A stretch of DNA of 61,883 nucleotides, filler included, from Choristocarpus tenellus KU-1152 (lineage: Eukaryota > Protista > Phaeophyceae): assembly GCA_964200185.2 (NCBI GenBank). It is 7 parts of 7 records of this genome, joined end to end, with 100 filler letters (N's around TTAATTAATTAA, not from the genome) between each part and the next. Parts side by side here need not be neighbours in the genome. Positions count along the whole stretch, not along the records: positions 4,368 to 16,272 come from CAXNAD020002073.1; positions 16,373 to 38,430 come from CAXNAD020000305.1; 5 more parts are not named here. One strand, given 5' to 3'. A model generated the notes under the pieces. It was given only the letters and a program-made list of their open reading frames with translations, had not been told where the DNA came from and searched no databases. A program made the translations under genes and the position numbers. Below, one piece after another: positions 13,040 to 25,333 of the stretch. Each line of letters opens with the position of its first letter. Positions within the stretch are counted from its first letter, which is position 1.

Positions 13040-13735
13040 TGATAGATTAGTGGTTTTCACACTTACAATTTTTTTTAGTGTTCTTATGTTTAGGATATTT
13101 TGCTTCTTTAGGCCTAATAACGACATATATATAGTTTTCATTCGTTTCCCCCCTGACACATCTCCAAAATGTCAGAGGGCATAATAATATAATATAATAA
13201 TAAATGAGTCAGAGTATCTTAGAGGGTAGAGTCGCGTCCGTGTGGGGGCAAAAATCTAATGTGGCGATTTTCATTTAATTTTGGCTATGGTATTTGTTGG
13301 GAAGTGCAAATATCCCTGTTCCGAACACACCTTTTCGTAAGGTAAACTTTTCATGTATTCCGAAACATTTTGGAGTAGAAAAATGTAACTAAAAAACCCT
13401 TGGGATGCCAAGTCCCAAATGGACAAACAGGGCAAAACTCGTACTCTCAAGATACTTTCACTCAAATATAAGAACTATATATATGCCGTTATAAGCCCTA
13501 AGGAAATAAAATATCAAAAACGTGAAAAATACAGATATATTCAATGGCATAATAATAAAAATATATTCAATACTTCAAAGTGTTACCACTCTCTTGTCCA
13601 GTCGTATCGTTCTGCTGACTCCATCCATTGTATATTTCCTGTTACTTTTACGGAGGTCCTTGTGATAAAATACGGGTTTGGCTTTTTCCCCTGACACATC
13701 TACAAAACGTAGGAGGGCATAAAAATATAAATACC
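13040..13735. repeat. Cluster of an unclassified dispersed repeat (ATTATTATGCCCTCTGACA...GATGTGTCAGGGGGAAA...); other copies at 41466-~41600, 61391-~61600 and 61629-~61830
   Basis: Minus-strand heads at ~13150-13200 and ~13685-13730, a plus-strand internal piece at ~13470-13545, and plus-strand copies on two other contigs. Confidence 0.75.
13206..13463. mobile_element. MITE family A (~260 bp, GAG...CTC ends, 4-bp TSD AAAT), Sola2-like non-autonomous element
   Basis: Imperfect TIRs GAGTCAGAGTATCTTAGAGGGTAGAG / CTCGTACTCTCAAGATACTTTCACTC flanked by AAAT on both sides; internal sequence is shared with four other copies. Confidence 0.85.
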
Positions 13736-14596
13736 GTGTATCACCTACTCAAAGTGAAACTAAAAAAAAATGAAATTGTTCCAACAACAGGAGTGAAGTA
13801 GAAAAACGTTATCGAGGACAGACGACACAAACAGGTATACCCTTACCGCAAGGAAGGGGACAGGGAGAGGGGCAGGGTGCCGAGTGGCAATACAACAATC
13901 CATCATTATTATGAAAATATGTAAGACACACTTTCAATTAAATGTCATCCAAATTCTTCAAAGCAACCCACCTGCATTCCATTCTTTACCCCAAGCCGTG
14001 AATCAGATACAGTATATCTTGAACCAGTACCTGTAGCTCAACTTTCTTTGTCCTTCCTGCTCCCCTATACAACAGTATTACAGTAGTCCACCTACTCGTT
14101 CATCTTGTGCCCACAATCTTAAAAACTTGTCTCAGGTTTGCAGTTGGCACAAAATGCCTCTCCAAGAAATATGTACATACCTCCCCTTCCCCATTCATCA
14201 CGTCTATTTGCATCTACGTATCTTTTTCAAAGATCTCAAAGATTGTATTTAGGATTCCTTTCAGCTAACACCCTGGGAGAAGAAAAAAATATCAACCCCA
14301 TTTCAATACTTCTCCTTGACATCTTCCAGAACCCTTACAAATCTACTCTGTGAAGAAGCAAATTAAATGCATTGTTTCTCATTTCTTACTCATTCCACGT
14401 GCAACATGGACTTACTTCCACACATAATGTCTAGAATGCACGATGATGAGCATGAATTCGTCTGTTTTTGCACTATACATAAACATGTATGTATGAGTGG
14501 TATAATGACAGGACCTTACTTAGAACTCCCCCATCCACTTGGGTACACAGAAGGCCCACCAGCAGATGAGCTCCATTAACTTGAGAGAAGATGATG

Positions 14597-14900
14597 AGGC
14601 AACGTATCTGGAACAGCCGATTTCAAACCACAATACAAAAAAAAACATATCGACACTTTATCCCAGTCAATTTTGGGGGGGGGCCGGGCTCCGCTTTTGG
14701 GGCCTGCTTTTTTTTTTGGCGTCGTCTGTNNNNNNNNNNCAGTCAATTTTGGGTCAAGCCCATCCTCAATGAAAAGCTCCATCCTCAATTTTTGAAATCG
14801 GCTGTTCTGGGAGGGGGTGTTGGTCGTCCCTTTTGGGGCTCATTTTGCCATGTCGCGATTTTTGGGCCATTTGGTTGCGTGCGTCGTATGGATAATGTAT
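14597..14900 (+). mobile_element. Diverged MITE family B copy, interrupted at its left TIR by the foldback element
   Basis: Removing 14612-14806 plus one CTGG rejoins GAGGCAACGTATCTGGGAGGGGGTG, followed by CCATGTCGCGATTTTTGGG...TGGTTGC...ATGGATAAT as in 40573-40755. Confidence 0.7.
14612..14806. mobile_element. Foldback/MITE family C with 16-bp TIR AACAGCCGATTTCAAA and 4-bp TSD CTGG (internal N gap)
   Basis: Perfect TIRs at 14612-14627 and 14791-14806, CTGG on both sides; a second copy at ~47040-47235. Confidence 0.8.
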
Positions 14901-16038
14901 TTTATACAACCGTGCGTGTCTACCTTCGTATCCTTGTACTCAAGAAGTAATGAAAAATACGCTGTAATTGATTTGTGTCACTAATTATTTTTCTTGGTGT
15001 GAAGTGAATTAATGGTTTCATTGATTGAAGTATAGTGAAGTATAGTGCCGAAACGACCTCTTCATGGACATACGCCGAATTTTGATATACAGTGGCGAGT
15101 ATGGTATACAGGGAGGGTTGGGGTAAACGAGAGGTATCCTCGACCTGCAAAAGGGATGGCGGTAAGCTTCTTTCAAAATCCTGTGTTTTTAGAACATCTA
15201 CATCAAAATTATGAACAGTCTTCGAACGTTCAAAACGAGGTGAAAATCTTCCCTTCTAGGTCGAAACTGGCACTAAGTCTAGGGTGTGTATGTGATAGAC
15301 GGAGGGTGTATATAGAGCGGTTTGTAACGCAAATCTGCCAAAAACAGGTTACCCTGTTATATCCTTGGCATTTTGTGTAAATGAAGTGAGTAGATCCGAA
15401 AAGTCTGATATACCCCAACAAACTGATGTAATGAGGACAAAACCCTATGTGATACACTGCATAGTGTAATATGGGCGATTGAGCTCCCTTTGCAGCAGAG
15501 GAAAACAACACAACATGGTTGTTGAGGTGAACAAAGTATTCTCCACTGGTATGTTATGTTTATAATTGTGTGTGTATCTATGTGCTGTGATTGCGCTCTG
15601 GTCATGTCTAAATACAAATGGTGTTTTGCAAGCATTGACGACTAGACCAAGCCACTAGTTCACAACAGGGACACCGTTTTTGCCAATTGTGTGTCGATCG
15701 ACAGTTGTACAAACCAAGTCCACGAAACTAAGTCCACTGTCGACATCGCGTATCAAATAAGAAGAATATGAACGTGTGACGGGTACCAAATTCAGAAACA
15801 CAGCCCGAAGGAAAATAAAGGGTGTTAAACGTAAGGTTCAGACCCCTAATTTTACATGTTACAATCTGTTTAGAAACAGAGATCCAATTTCCCTAGGACC
15901 TGCGGTAAAGTATATGACTATACGAACGCTTCTTTGTGATCCGCATACGCCTGATTGGGGCGGGGAATGTTAGAGTAGAAGAGCGAGTCAGGAGAGTCGG
16001 CTACAGAAATGGAAATGATACCTTTTTGGTCTAGCCCA

Positions 16039-16230
16039 GGCTCAAAGTATCTGAGGGGGGTGGCGGCTGACCATTTGGGGTCAATTTTTCATATCGCTTT
16101 TTTTGGGTGATTTGGTTGCATACGTCGGATGGATAATATGTAAATGTACTTTTCCTGATTTTGACCCAAATGAACACCCTGGTGTAGACCCCCCCCCTCT
16201 TTCCCCCCCCCCCCCCCCCCCCCCCCCCCC
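16039..16230 (+). mobile_element. MITE family B copy (GGCTCAAAGTATCT end), running into poly-C near the contig end
   Basis: Clear similarity to 38805-38987 (reverse strand) and 40573-40755. Confidence 0.8.
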
Positions 16231-16629
16231 TTTGACTCCGCCGCCAGCCCACAAAGACCCATCACTCTCGTGNNNNNNNNNNNNNNNNNNNNNNNNNNNN
16301 NNNNNNNNNNNNNNNNTTAATTAATTAANNNNNNNNNNNNNNNNNNNNNNNNNNNNNNNNNNNNNNNNNNNNGAGCTTGGGAGCAGCTACGTGAATATTT
16401 CCTAATCCATTCCGATGAGAAGATAGTTTCAGGCTCCAAAAGGTGATGACAGTCAAGATGCCATCGAGGTCAGCCCCCCCCAAATCACTTCTACAATGAT
16501 GTTGGGCTGGGTTGGCCAGATGGCGATGGATCAAAGTATCTGGGGGGGGGGGTGCCAGCGTCCGTTCTTGACGATGATGGGGCATGACATGTCTGAGCTG
16601 GTGCTAAATTCGACCACAGTTTTCTAGGC

Positions 16630-17262
16630 GTTGCATTGACATGTTTGAGGATAACGATGGTGCATGCAAACTAATACAAAATGCCACAAGCTCTACTAGA
16701 ACAAAGCAAATTTATGTTCAACACCATTTTCTGAGGGACTTAGCTAGAAAAGGAGAGCTTCGTGTTGTTTTTGTTGGTACTGCAAATCAGAGGGCAGATG
16801 TGTTGACCAAGAATTTGCCAGTCCGAGTTTTTAAACAAAGTGTGAAGTTTTTAATGAACATGTAAGAAAATATGTGTGTTGTTTTTTTTGTGATTGTTTG
16901 AGAGCTAATACTTGTTTTCAGCAAGGGGAGGATGTTGAATAACCTAGTGTTGTCCTTCCGTTGTCTGTGCTGATACAAGTATACAACATAGGTTTTATGT
17001 ATGTATATATTTAGTTTGGTAAAATGCAAAGTAGTAACGTGAATAGCAGTATGGTGGACCAAAGGGCCAATACCACTGGTACGATATGGTGGGTCAATGA
17101 ACCAATACCAGTGGTACGGTGGGACAATAGTAGTAATATAGTGATATTGGGCACCCAGCTGACAATACCCAATATACAATAAATAATTCAGTGCATGTTT
17201 TACCATGTAACTTAACTACTAGCTTTCGGCGACGAGCCTTTACAGTGCCAAACTTCTCAAAA
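16630..17262 (+). mobile_element. Ty1/Copia 3' end: RNase H C-terminus (16641-16865), polypurine tract (16923-16932) and 3' LTR starting TGTTG at 16933; LTR end uncertain (~17262 or ~17380)
   Basis: EDNDGA..L..N..SSTRTKQIYVQHHFLRD....G.LRVVFV.T.NQRADVLTK is the typical Copia RNase H end; AAGGGGAGGA directly precedes TG. Confidence 0.88.
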
Positions 17263-18099
17263 CTCCTATCATAGTGTTATAAAATGAGTTGCCAAGATTT
17301 TTGAAAATAATACTTGGACCATCTTGAGACTTTGGAAGGTCCACAAACTGAGAAGGATTCTGGTGTTTTGGATTCCAACATCGGACAGAGAGGGAAGGGG
17401 ACTGACTTATGACTGAAAAGGTACCAACAACATCGATGACCTATGAGATGCCCTCAAACTGATTGCCATAAAAACCTCACAACACAGTGCGCCCAGGTGA
17501 CTCAGTTGGGTTTCCCACAGTACACTCTGCGTGACACTTGAATGTTTAAGGGCATATTCATCCTATTTTAAGCTGATTCTTACTGATGAGCGCAAGATAT
17601 AAAAGCTGAGGTGAGCAATGCACGGGATCACTGACAGATCACAAGATTTCAAGACCTTCCACCAACTCGAACACTTTGTCCATATGAATGAGAAGTGACT
17701 TCTTATCTGCCCGGATCGTCACAAGTACTACTTCTACGAATTGACTGATAGATACCCTGCCAGAAAGGTCAGGACAAGGGCCACATTACCTTTTGAGCCA
17801 ACAATTCACTTCATTTATTCCAGTCCAGGTCAACCTTACGTTCCTGAGTAGAGGTAGTATTGACTGCACTTCAGTAAAATAAACTATTTAAAAATTGCTA
17901 CTTCATAGTTCATGACTATAGACAGAACCTTGTTCAATACTATGACTACTCTCCCAGTGCCTCTATACAAAGCACTCTTCATTGAATGCATACTCCACAG
18001 CCTGGGGCAACATTGCAAGATATGTTCAGAGCATTCCTCTATTTTTATCAAAGCATGCCAAAGAAAAATCTGTTAACAGTGGAACTGGTTTCAGTTTTA

Positions 18100-19762
18100 T
18101 CACTTGCCAAAGCCTTCACTTCGTCCAGATCTACGGGACATTTTCTTGGCTGTTTTTGAAGCCTTTCGCCTGCCCTGCCTGTTCTTTGGCGCTTGGTTAA
18201 TAACATCTTCTGGAGTTGAGTAACCAGAAACCAAGCCCTCCGCCTTCAGCTCATCCATAAAGTCATCAAGTCGATCTAATTGTGCTTCAGGTCCCAGGAC
18301 CTGCCTTGGCTTGATGGTTGGGCCTTTCTTCAGCAAAGAAGGGTCATCTAAGGCTTCGAAAATAAAGTTGAGTGCACTCTGCTCTTCAGTGGTCACCTCC
18401 GGGTGCCAAAATCGAATGAGGAGGACTACACGACTCGTAGATGACTCATTGCCAGTTTCATGCATGAAGCTGGCATCAAAGACAAGAACTTTGCCATTTT
18501 GCCACTCCTTTCTACTTTCACCCACTTGAATCCAGCACTTGCCATCAGGAACATCAACACCAAGGTGTGCAGTGAGCACAAAATTAGTATTATCTGTGTG
18601 CAAACTGACTCCTGTCATCGGCTCTTGCCTTGCAAAACATACCTCACAGGAAGGCAGTGGCAAAGATTTGACGATCTTTGTTGTCTCAGGAAACATCGCA
18701 CAGTTGGTTGAGTCCCATTGTCGGTCTTGCAGAACAATCTTTCGCCAGTTGTCCCCGTAAGCATTATCATCATCTCCTGCAGCAGGTATCCATAACTCGC
18801 CTCCAGCTTTCTCTTTCCACCTCTGAAATTCAGCTGTGATGACATCAGCATTTTCTGCAAGGGTGCTAGCCCAGGGGTAGTCGTCAGGGTGGTGCCATGG
18901 CTTAGCAGACAGCCCTTCCAGGTAAGATCCTGCACACTGCAGCCCCTTCCCAATCCAAAATTGTTTAAATCTATCACCCTTGCGGAGTCTCGTCCAGGCA
19001 TCAAGCACTCTCGACACCTTTTCTGGTTTGAAATGTTGTTTGAGTGCTTGCTCGACATCCTCTCCAAGTCCCATTTGCAAGCTTGTTGACAGCCTGTTAA
19101 CAAAACCAGAGCATGGTATTGCAGCTATTTAGTCTTGAAAACCATTGTTCAATATTACTCTGTGATTTCCCATCTGCACAGTATGGGACGCGAAGATCCT
19201 AATTAGAAATTTGGAATTTCTATTTTTCGATCACGAGTGAAATTCCGTAATGACACAAGGCGGGATCGTGGTGCAGACGTACCGCTATCATCGCGAGGGA
19301 ATTCCCTTGCAGCAGTCGACGGTATGAGCAGGAATGAAAGCACATGGCAGTATTTTACCACTTATCCATTGCATGTAATTCAGAGTCGTTCCCTACTGTG
19401 GAAAAAAACATGACCATAATGATGCCTTCCCCTGCCAAGATGCTCAAGGCTGCCAGGATATGACGTAAACGGATGAAGATGGGCGCCCTATTATAGAGAA
19501 TATCTCAGTCTAAGTAGGAAAAACCAAATGAGAAGAATTCTCACCCACGACTTCCCTGCACACACTCCGCACAGCAAGCAGACTTTCAGCTGGAGGCGGA
19601 TCACCAGGCTCACCTACTACGGACTCCCAGAATGTCGACCCTGTCTCTTAATATCAACCCGGAGCCTCCCATAGCGGGAAAGGTAAAAGCTTGACCCAGA
19701 TCAGTTATTAGGGCAGCCCCAACCATGAATCTATGAAGGTATGACTTGACACACCGACTCAT
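18100..19762 (-). CDS. Aspartyl/asparaginyl beta-hydroxylase-family 2OG-Fe(II) dioxygenase, probably plastid-targeted; exons 19762-19614 and 19093-18100
   Basis: Motifs GLSAKPWH, FPETT, HTDNTNFVLTAHLG (HxD), WQNGKVLVFDASFMHET (distal His) and RVVLLIRFWHPE. Exon 1 MSRCVKSYLHRFMVGAALITDLGQAFTFP has a signal-like stretch plus QAF. The AG|GTGAGC donor and AACAG|G acceptor are both phase 2. Extra exons between the two cannot be excluded. Confidence 0.88.
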
Positions 19763-19937
19763 GATGAAGTTGTAGATACTGTTACCTTTGCTCGACATAA
19801 CAACTACAACATTTAACAGACAAACTATGCTCCAGAGCGATCTCATCCCATCAAATGGCCCCAGGGCCAAGACTCTATGTGTAGGTAGACAAACCCTTTT
19901 GAACAAGACCAGTTAGAGTAGTAGTGTGCTTACGCAA
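19763..19937. promoter_or_regulatory. Putative bidirectional promoter (175 bp between divergent start codons)
   Basis: ATG at 19762 (-) and ATG at 19938 (+) on the same contig; inferred from geometry only. Confidence 0.55.
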
Positions 19938-22900
19938 ATGATAAGGATTGGGTCCAGCGCTTTATTGGCCACCGGCTTGGCTTGTGGCTGTCTTCCTTAC
20001 TCTGAGATAGTTGCTTTTATCCTGCCCACATGCCAGACTTCACCGCGTTCATGTTTCAAGCCTGCTGTGTGGGCCGTTGGTTCCTTGTGCTCTTCAGCCC
20101 CAATGCTGCACATGAGTTCGATAAATGCTGAGTTTCCTCTTCAAAACGACCTCCTGTTGCGAGCAGCAAGGGGGGAGAAAGTAGAGCGAACACCGGTATG
20201 GCTCTTCCGTCAGGCAGGAAGGTGACCCCCAAGTAGGGGTAGATGTGCCTGTTACCCTATATTCGACCTGGTGTTTTAAGCGCAACGCTTCTTGCTGAAA
20301 AGCACGCAATTATCCATTCTGTGGCAATAATAGTATTGATTTAATCTACCGCTTGGTGCTAGACACGACCCACACCCGTATATACTTGAAGCACAGTAAC
20401 CGGCCCTCAACCTCAGGCACCTCCCAGAGTACAAGATTTATAAGGAAATCAAAGGGAAGAACTTCCTGGAGCTTCTTCAGGTACCTCCCGTTTGTTTTTG
20501 ATTGGTGTCTTATCGCCAGACTGGGAAGATAGGGAAACTGTGAGCTTACGAGATTAAAGATAGTTGGAGAACCATCTTGTTGCCTTGAATTTTTTTAGTA
20601 CTTGTTATTCTTTTCGTTAAGCATACTTGAGGTGACCATGGTCAGAGCATCTTTGTACTCTCCTACAAGCCTTAACAGATGTATACGTCCATTCCTCTTC
20701 GTGTCAGTAATGTAGGGGTGTTCTGCTTCTTGAGAGTCTTAATATTCAGAATGTTATTCGTTAGAGTGTATGGACCGCATCCCTGGTTTAATCCCTTTGC
20801 TGTTGTTTTTCTATGCATCCTTCATAACAACAGGATCCTGAGGATGTGGCAGAAGTAACGATGCAGCCCATACGCAGATATGACCTGGATGCTGCCATCC
20901 TCTTCTCCGATATTTTGGTGGTTGCCCAGGTAGGGACGACACACCCATTGATTATGACAAGAGGAATTTCCATGCATTCGTTGCTACCTTGTTTGTTAAG
21001 AGGTCCAAAATTGATTCAACGATGGCATCCATTGAGTGTGGCAGAGTTAGTTGAATGTGAACAGGTGAAACTGGTATCGCACACATATCCTGCTAGGTAG
21101 GAATGCTGCATAAAGCCTACAAGTATAGTGATGGTCTTTTAATAGTTCAGTCATTCTTAAGAAGACCAAGTGGAGGAAGTATAATATAGCTCCATGGATT
21201 AAGAATGCATTGCTCAAATTGTATGTGCATCCGTGGCAGGCCCTGGATATTGTGGTGGAGATGCCTGGAGGAAAGGGCATCACTATACCAGAACCCATTC
21301 GTGATCCTATGGACATGGCAGAACGCTTGCCAGCGGTTGTACATGTGAAAGAGAAGATGTCTCACGTGATTGAATCAGTAACGCGAATCAAGCAGGTTAG
21401 ACTACATTTGTGCAAGGCAGAGAGAGAAAGGAGGTATTTCTTTTTTCTTTGATTGAGATTACTCACTTTTATGATGAAATGTTACAGCTTATATTGATTT
21501 TCTTTTCAGTGCAGGTCTTGTGGAAGCTATTATTGGAAAGACATGATCTATGTGTTGTACTGAACTCATGATGGAGATGACACTTACGCACTGCCTTTCA
21601 TGTTTTTGTGTAGAATTTGAGAGGAGCTTACCCTGTGAGATGCATAGCAGGGGCTGTGTTGTAAAGCTAATGGGTAAACGTATATTCCTGAGTCTTCAAG
21701 TTCCGAAATATAGGTGGCCATGGTTCACAACTGTGCTTGTTCTTGTTTACGGCAAGTACTCCTTGCTATATACATGTAGGACTTCTACTCAGGGAGTGAT
21801 AGAAGGGTTGTCCCCTCACCAAGAATCTTCTGTGTCACAGGAGCTTAAGGGGAAGGTCCCCCTCATTGGCTTCAGTGCAGCACCTTGGACGCTGATGTTC
21901 TATATTGTTGGTGGCAGCAGCAAGCGCAACACAGATTATGGTGAGGAGCTGATACTTCCATTTTTTGAAGTTATAACTTATGTGAGATGTATCTGCAAAT
22001 ATCACTTACAGCTGTTGGGGTTTGTTAACAGATGGGATGAGTTATGGATCATTGTAATTCGTAGTTGAACCTCAAGGGATGATTTGCACCTCTATTATTG
22101 CAAATTGTAGAGAGCTAAAGGACTTGAAGTCAGCTACAGGTGACTGGGTAGTCAGGATAACCTTTTTTCCTTTCTCAGTGATCTTCAAAACCAAAAATTG
22201 CCAAAGCGATGGGCAAGTATTTTCTGTAAACATTGCCTTTTCATGCTTCAGAGGGTCATACACAGCTTTATCTTTGGGTTGAACCTATGGGCCTGCTTTT
22301 TTTTTCATTCACCTAGTTCTTGCTTGTTATACACTTGCTCTGCAGGTGAGCGTTGGCTGCAGGACCACCCTCAAGCCTCAACAGAGCTGATGGACAAGCT
22401 GACAACAGTAGTAGTGGACTACATGGAGGCACAGGTGAGCAAGGCTCTAGGTAAGATGTAATGAAATGTATACCGCAATCAATCTTTCATACACTAACAC
22501 AACTACTCTGCAGATACTCAAATCTGCACTAACAACCCAACTCTTATTGAATGAGAGCCTAGTCGATCAAAATTCTCTTTAAGCACAATCCCATGTTCTT
22601 CTCAAACCTCTGTTGGGGGTTGAAGAAAGGGATGAAAGGTGTAAGAACTATTATAGTAAGTGCTGCACTTAGGCATGCATGCAAGCTCAGCAATCCCTCA
22701 AGGACGTTAGGCATGGTGTGCATGATGTGCTTGGCAGTTGTGTAATATTAACTACCAACTGTTCTAGTTGAGTGCCTTACAACTATATCATTCTATATTT
22801 TTACAAATTTAATACCTGCACCTTGAAGTCTAGATATCTTTCTGATGTCTAAAAACTCCAGGTTGCATACTCATCTTTTATGATGGGCTGCTTCACATTT

Positions 22901-25333
22901 TTTATCCATGCACTCCTTTTGGAAGGGAGGGAGAGATTGGGAGAGAGATCAGCCACTCAAATGGTGTTTCATATAATAGACTGTCTTAGTCATTGCTGAA
23001 CCTAAATTATCAATATCAACATCGACATCAACATCCTCCAGGTTGAAGCTGGTGCAGACATCCTCCAGGTGTTTGAAGCCATGGGTGCATTCATCAGTGA
23101 GGAGAATTTTTACAGTTATGCTATGCCCTACCTTAAAAGGTATGCTATAGATCCTCAAAAAAGATGCGCTTATAATTCTGCCTGTGTGTGCCTCACCTTC
23201 AATTATCATTGATCTATGGAATAGGGAACCATGCTTGTATTGTATTGAACAAGACAAGTGGAGAGATGGATAGATGTTCTTTAATCGGTTGATTGTCCCT
23301 TTTAGCTGTGGTTTTGTATGATATCATCCAGTTGTACTTCTAACAAATATTTACTTGGGAATGATGAGTGCTGTGAGATGTGGGAGAAGCTATGAAGCAT
23401 GTTGATTATAGTTTGTATTCTGTATTGAAAAAGGGTTGATCAAACCAACCTTCATCTCAAAAGTAATCCCCCCCTTGCCCCTTCTCTCCCTGTTAGTGGT
23501 GGCAATGAGGGTTTACAAGTATAAAATTCCGTTCCTGTACGCCCCCTGGGTTCAATCACAATATAGGCTGTAGATTATTCATCCAAGTTTGGACCAGAAT
23601 CTTGAGTTTAGACTTTTGAGTTATCTGTACCCAATATCCCCACCCATACGTGACAGCAACAATAAGATATGGTTATAATCCTCATGCCAGCCTTAGATCT
23701 GGCTCTTCAATTCAAGGAAACTCATGTCAAGCAGTAAGCCTACACAGTGCAAGGAGTGAGAATTGGAAGAGATACCAGTCTTTCAGGGAGCTAATGATAC
23801 CTAGGGCATATAGAGACAGGCCATTTAGTCATGACTGGTATAATTCACCATCACAAGATCATGTAGAAATTTTGATGAGTTTTTCTGTTTCCTCTCAAGT
23901 TGTTCGATACAAAAAAATTGAAGGTAATTTTTTTCATGTGACACGTATCTTGTTGACCTGTCATGTTGTATCCAAAAGAAATGTGATCTCGCATTTTTGA
24001 AAACAATTGTACATAGGTCGACCTACACAAATCCTTTCAGAAGTACTTGAGTTGTAATATTTACATATATTTGATTGTTGCCTGGATCCCACTGATGCGG
24101 GAGACTGTAGATGTTTATCAGTATATACTAGGTGGGTTTTGCATTCAATCTTAGTTCACTGTCTTGTTTGCATTGGTTGGACAGGATTGTGTCAGAGATC
24201 AAGACTCGTTGTCCAGGGGTGCCAGTGATGGTATTTGCAAGAGGTGCCACATATGCCAACGTTGCTCTTCAGGTTTGTGTTCATGGTTTAGAGTATGTGT
24301 AGATGAATTGGAATATGGATAATTTGACATTCAGCAACCACCCTCCAGAATGTACATTGTGTATTATATTTGAAATTGACAGCAAAGGCAGGGTTCTTCA
24401 ATGCTCGCTCATGTAGCATCTTGTAGGTTCAAGTTCTACTACAGAACCCAAAAATGATAGAGAGTTTTCTTTGAGTCAACTACCTCGAGCCCCAGTTGTG
24501 CAGGGTCGAGAATCTTCACAGCACAGCAGTGTGGACATCAGCAGTTGCAGGGAGCATGGTGCAAGGTTTCCCATTCTAGTGCCACTACCTCCATTGTGAG
24601 AATACAACCCACTATACAAAGTAGCACCTTTTGATAACCTATCATATCATACATGTTTTGTTATGATGACACAGGAGGCTGGGTACGACGTAGTGACCAT
24701 GGATACAGGGACAGATAGGAAGGCCACTAGGGCTGCACTTGCAGAGGCAGCAGCAAAAGCAGGGACACAGCCAGCTACCGTTCAGGGGAACTTTGATCCT
24801 CGAATGCTATCACCAAGGAATGGGTTGAAGGTGAACAGAATTGTTGTGCAAATTTTGCTAGGCATTTTGCAAGATAGTCGTTCACCCTGTCCTTTTAGGA
24901 CATTTTCACTCCTGTTGGTAACTGCAATATACTTTGTGCTTGATATCATCCAATACTTAAATTATTACCCTGGGCATTCATTCACAGTAATGCAGTATGT
25001 TTGTTTCTTGCCACTGAGTTGTTTTCACATTGTCAGCTGACCTTTCCATTGTGACTACATTCACCAATACATGACCATGGCAAGTCATGACCAAGCATGT
25101 GTTACATACTAACAAATTCAACCAAACCCCTCCACTCTGACAAGGTCCGAGAAGCAACAGCAAAAATGATGAAAGACTTGGGTCCACAGGGTCTCATTGC
25201 CAACTTGGGGGAGGGTCTCATGGGTGAGGAGCATCCATTTACAGTGAAGAACTTTGTGGATGCTGTGCATGAATTTTCAGAGCGTTTGGTGGAGAGGGAG
25301 AAGGAGGCTGCTCTGGCAAAAGAGGCACGGTAG
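19938..25333 (+). CDS. hemE: Uroporphyrinogen decarboxylase, plastid-targeted; exons 19938-20221, 20417-20480, 20834-20929, 21240-21395, 21841-21940, 22346-22434, 23042-23139, 24185-24272, 24675-24830, 25145-25333
   Basis: [91 protein letters not shown] and IANLGEG. N-terminal hydrophobic peptide followed by VAF. Confidence 0.95.

Noticed and set aside
18311-19103. ORFs overlapping the dioxygenase
   Set aside because: Shadow frames of a real coding exon.
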